A stretch of DNA of 25,457 nucleotides. Source: Eledone cirrhosa. Lineage: Eukaryota. Of this stretch, positions 23,668-25,457 are shown one piece after another. The position numbers and the translations under genes are program-made. The notes beneath the pieces were generated by a model that saw nothing but the letters and a program-made list of their open reading frames with translations, made no database searches and was not told the origin of the DNA. Within the stretch, counting starts at the first letter, position 1. Every line of letters begins with the position of its first letter. Location of the stretch: the NCBI GenBank assembly GCA_964016885.1, contig CAXHJY010001080.1, positions 1 to 25,457 of the forward strand. Direction: 5' to 3'.

Positions 23668-24172
<505 letters not shown>

Positions 24173-24273
24173 TCAACACCAATTATATATATATACAGAC
24201 ATAGAGAGACAGAGGGGGTTGCATTTCAAAATGATATTTTCATATTTTCAAGCATCTTTACAAAACTACAAAA

Positions 24274-24490
24274 CGGAAACGCAACAGTAATACCGGAAAT
24301 TAAATTGTGTCTTTCTGGGTAAAAAATGTTTAGTAGATTAAAGATGGTGTAAACTAGGAAAACGGAAGTGAAATGCTATCCCTAATTTGTTTTCGGTAAA
24401 TTTATTTGCTTAGATGAGAATATATTCAATTTTATGTAATTTAATGTTAAATTGTTTAAAGGAAATTTTGAAAAATGTTTAATCGGAAGC
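24274..24490 (+). promoter_or_regulatory. ETS-motif cluster, possible promoter
   Basis: CGGAA at 24274, 24294, 24363 (CGGAAGTG) and 24484, all on +; YY1-like AAGATGG at 24341. Confidence 0.35.
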
Positions 24491-24574
24491 GAAATAATTT
24501 TATGCAAGATGTTGCTACTAATGAAATAATGCTTTCCATATTTTCTTCAGAGACAAGTTTTAAGTAATCGCACA

Positions 24575-24743
<169 letters not shown>

Positions 24744-25026
24744 CTTGTTTTGCAAGGTTTTTGATATGAAATCGTGTCGAAACAAATATTGTTATATCTG
24801 GGGAGGGTCATGTTCTAATATTTCCAGAATAATAAAACACACTCACTGCTTGGTTAAGATTGATTTTCAACTCTGTATATTTTATATCTCCATAGTTACA
24901 CACATAAGCACCCACTAGTGAACAAAGCTAGAATACAAACACAGATAGACTCAGACACGAACAGACACCTGTGTATTTTATTAACATTTCTGGCAATATT
25001 ATAACAATATGACCCTCCTCAAATAT

Positions 25027-25140
<114 letters not shown>

Positions 25141-25457
25141 TATCTCTTTCTCTTAATTTCAAGTATATTTTTTTTGACCGGCCACCTTCCTGGTGGCAAG
25201 GTTGTAAAAGAAAAAAATTGTCATCCCTTGAATCGCAAGAATGTTTTGCAAATTTTGAAGGTGCCAGCTATCGCAGCCATTTGTAGACTATGAATTAGGA
25301 AGCTGCGCTTTTTGTCCGCAAATCCAAGTTCAGTCATACTTTGGTCCAAGCGGGTTGGTATATAACCCGTAGCTGCAATAATGATGGGTATGAAGCTAAA
25401 GGTGTATCTTGGATACTGGATTTGTAAACTCCTCATCAATGGTCCGTAGATGTCCTC
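25141..25457 (-). mobile_element. 3' end of an R4/Dong-like RLE non-LTR retrotransposon (ORF C-terminus 25457-25221 plus 80-nt 3'UTR)
   Basis: Uninterrupted EDIYGPLMRSLQIQYPRYTFSFIPIIIAATGYIPTRLDQSMTELGF...IHSLQMAAIAGTFKICKTFL. This fits the RLE C-terminal pattern Y..L...L......IPI.IGA.G..P..L...L..LG......Q...I.GT.KI...L. Confidence 0.8.

Overview
Eukaryotic, microsatellite-saturated DNA, most likely from an octopus or other coleoid cephalopod (inferred from recalled octopus-type tRNA-derived SINE motifs; no database search was possible). About half the window is simple or tandem repeat, mainly (TA)n arrays and GGT-derived arrays. Nearly all long ORFs in the track (poly-YI, poly-V, poly-T, poly-H) are artefacts of these repeats. 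The rest holds about 12 SINE copies or fragments of three families, three MITE-like elements (two nested inside SINEs), two decayed CRE-type retrotransposon fragments, an RTE 5' fragment, a probable Penelope remnant, and the uninterrupted 3' end of an R4/Dong-like element. The only plausible host coding sequence is a minus-strand exon running off the left edge (1-255), which is open in two different frames. Candidate upstream, probably 5'-UTR, exons and promoter-like motif clusters lie at about 15.0-15.2 kb and 24.3-24.5 kb. I found no convincing novel multi-gene system. The findings below are structural observations and testable hypotheses.
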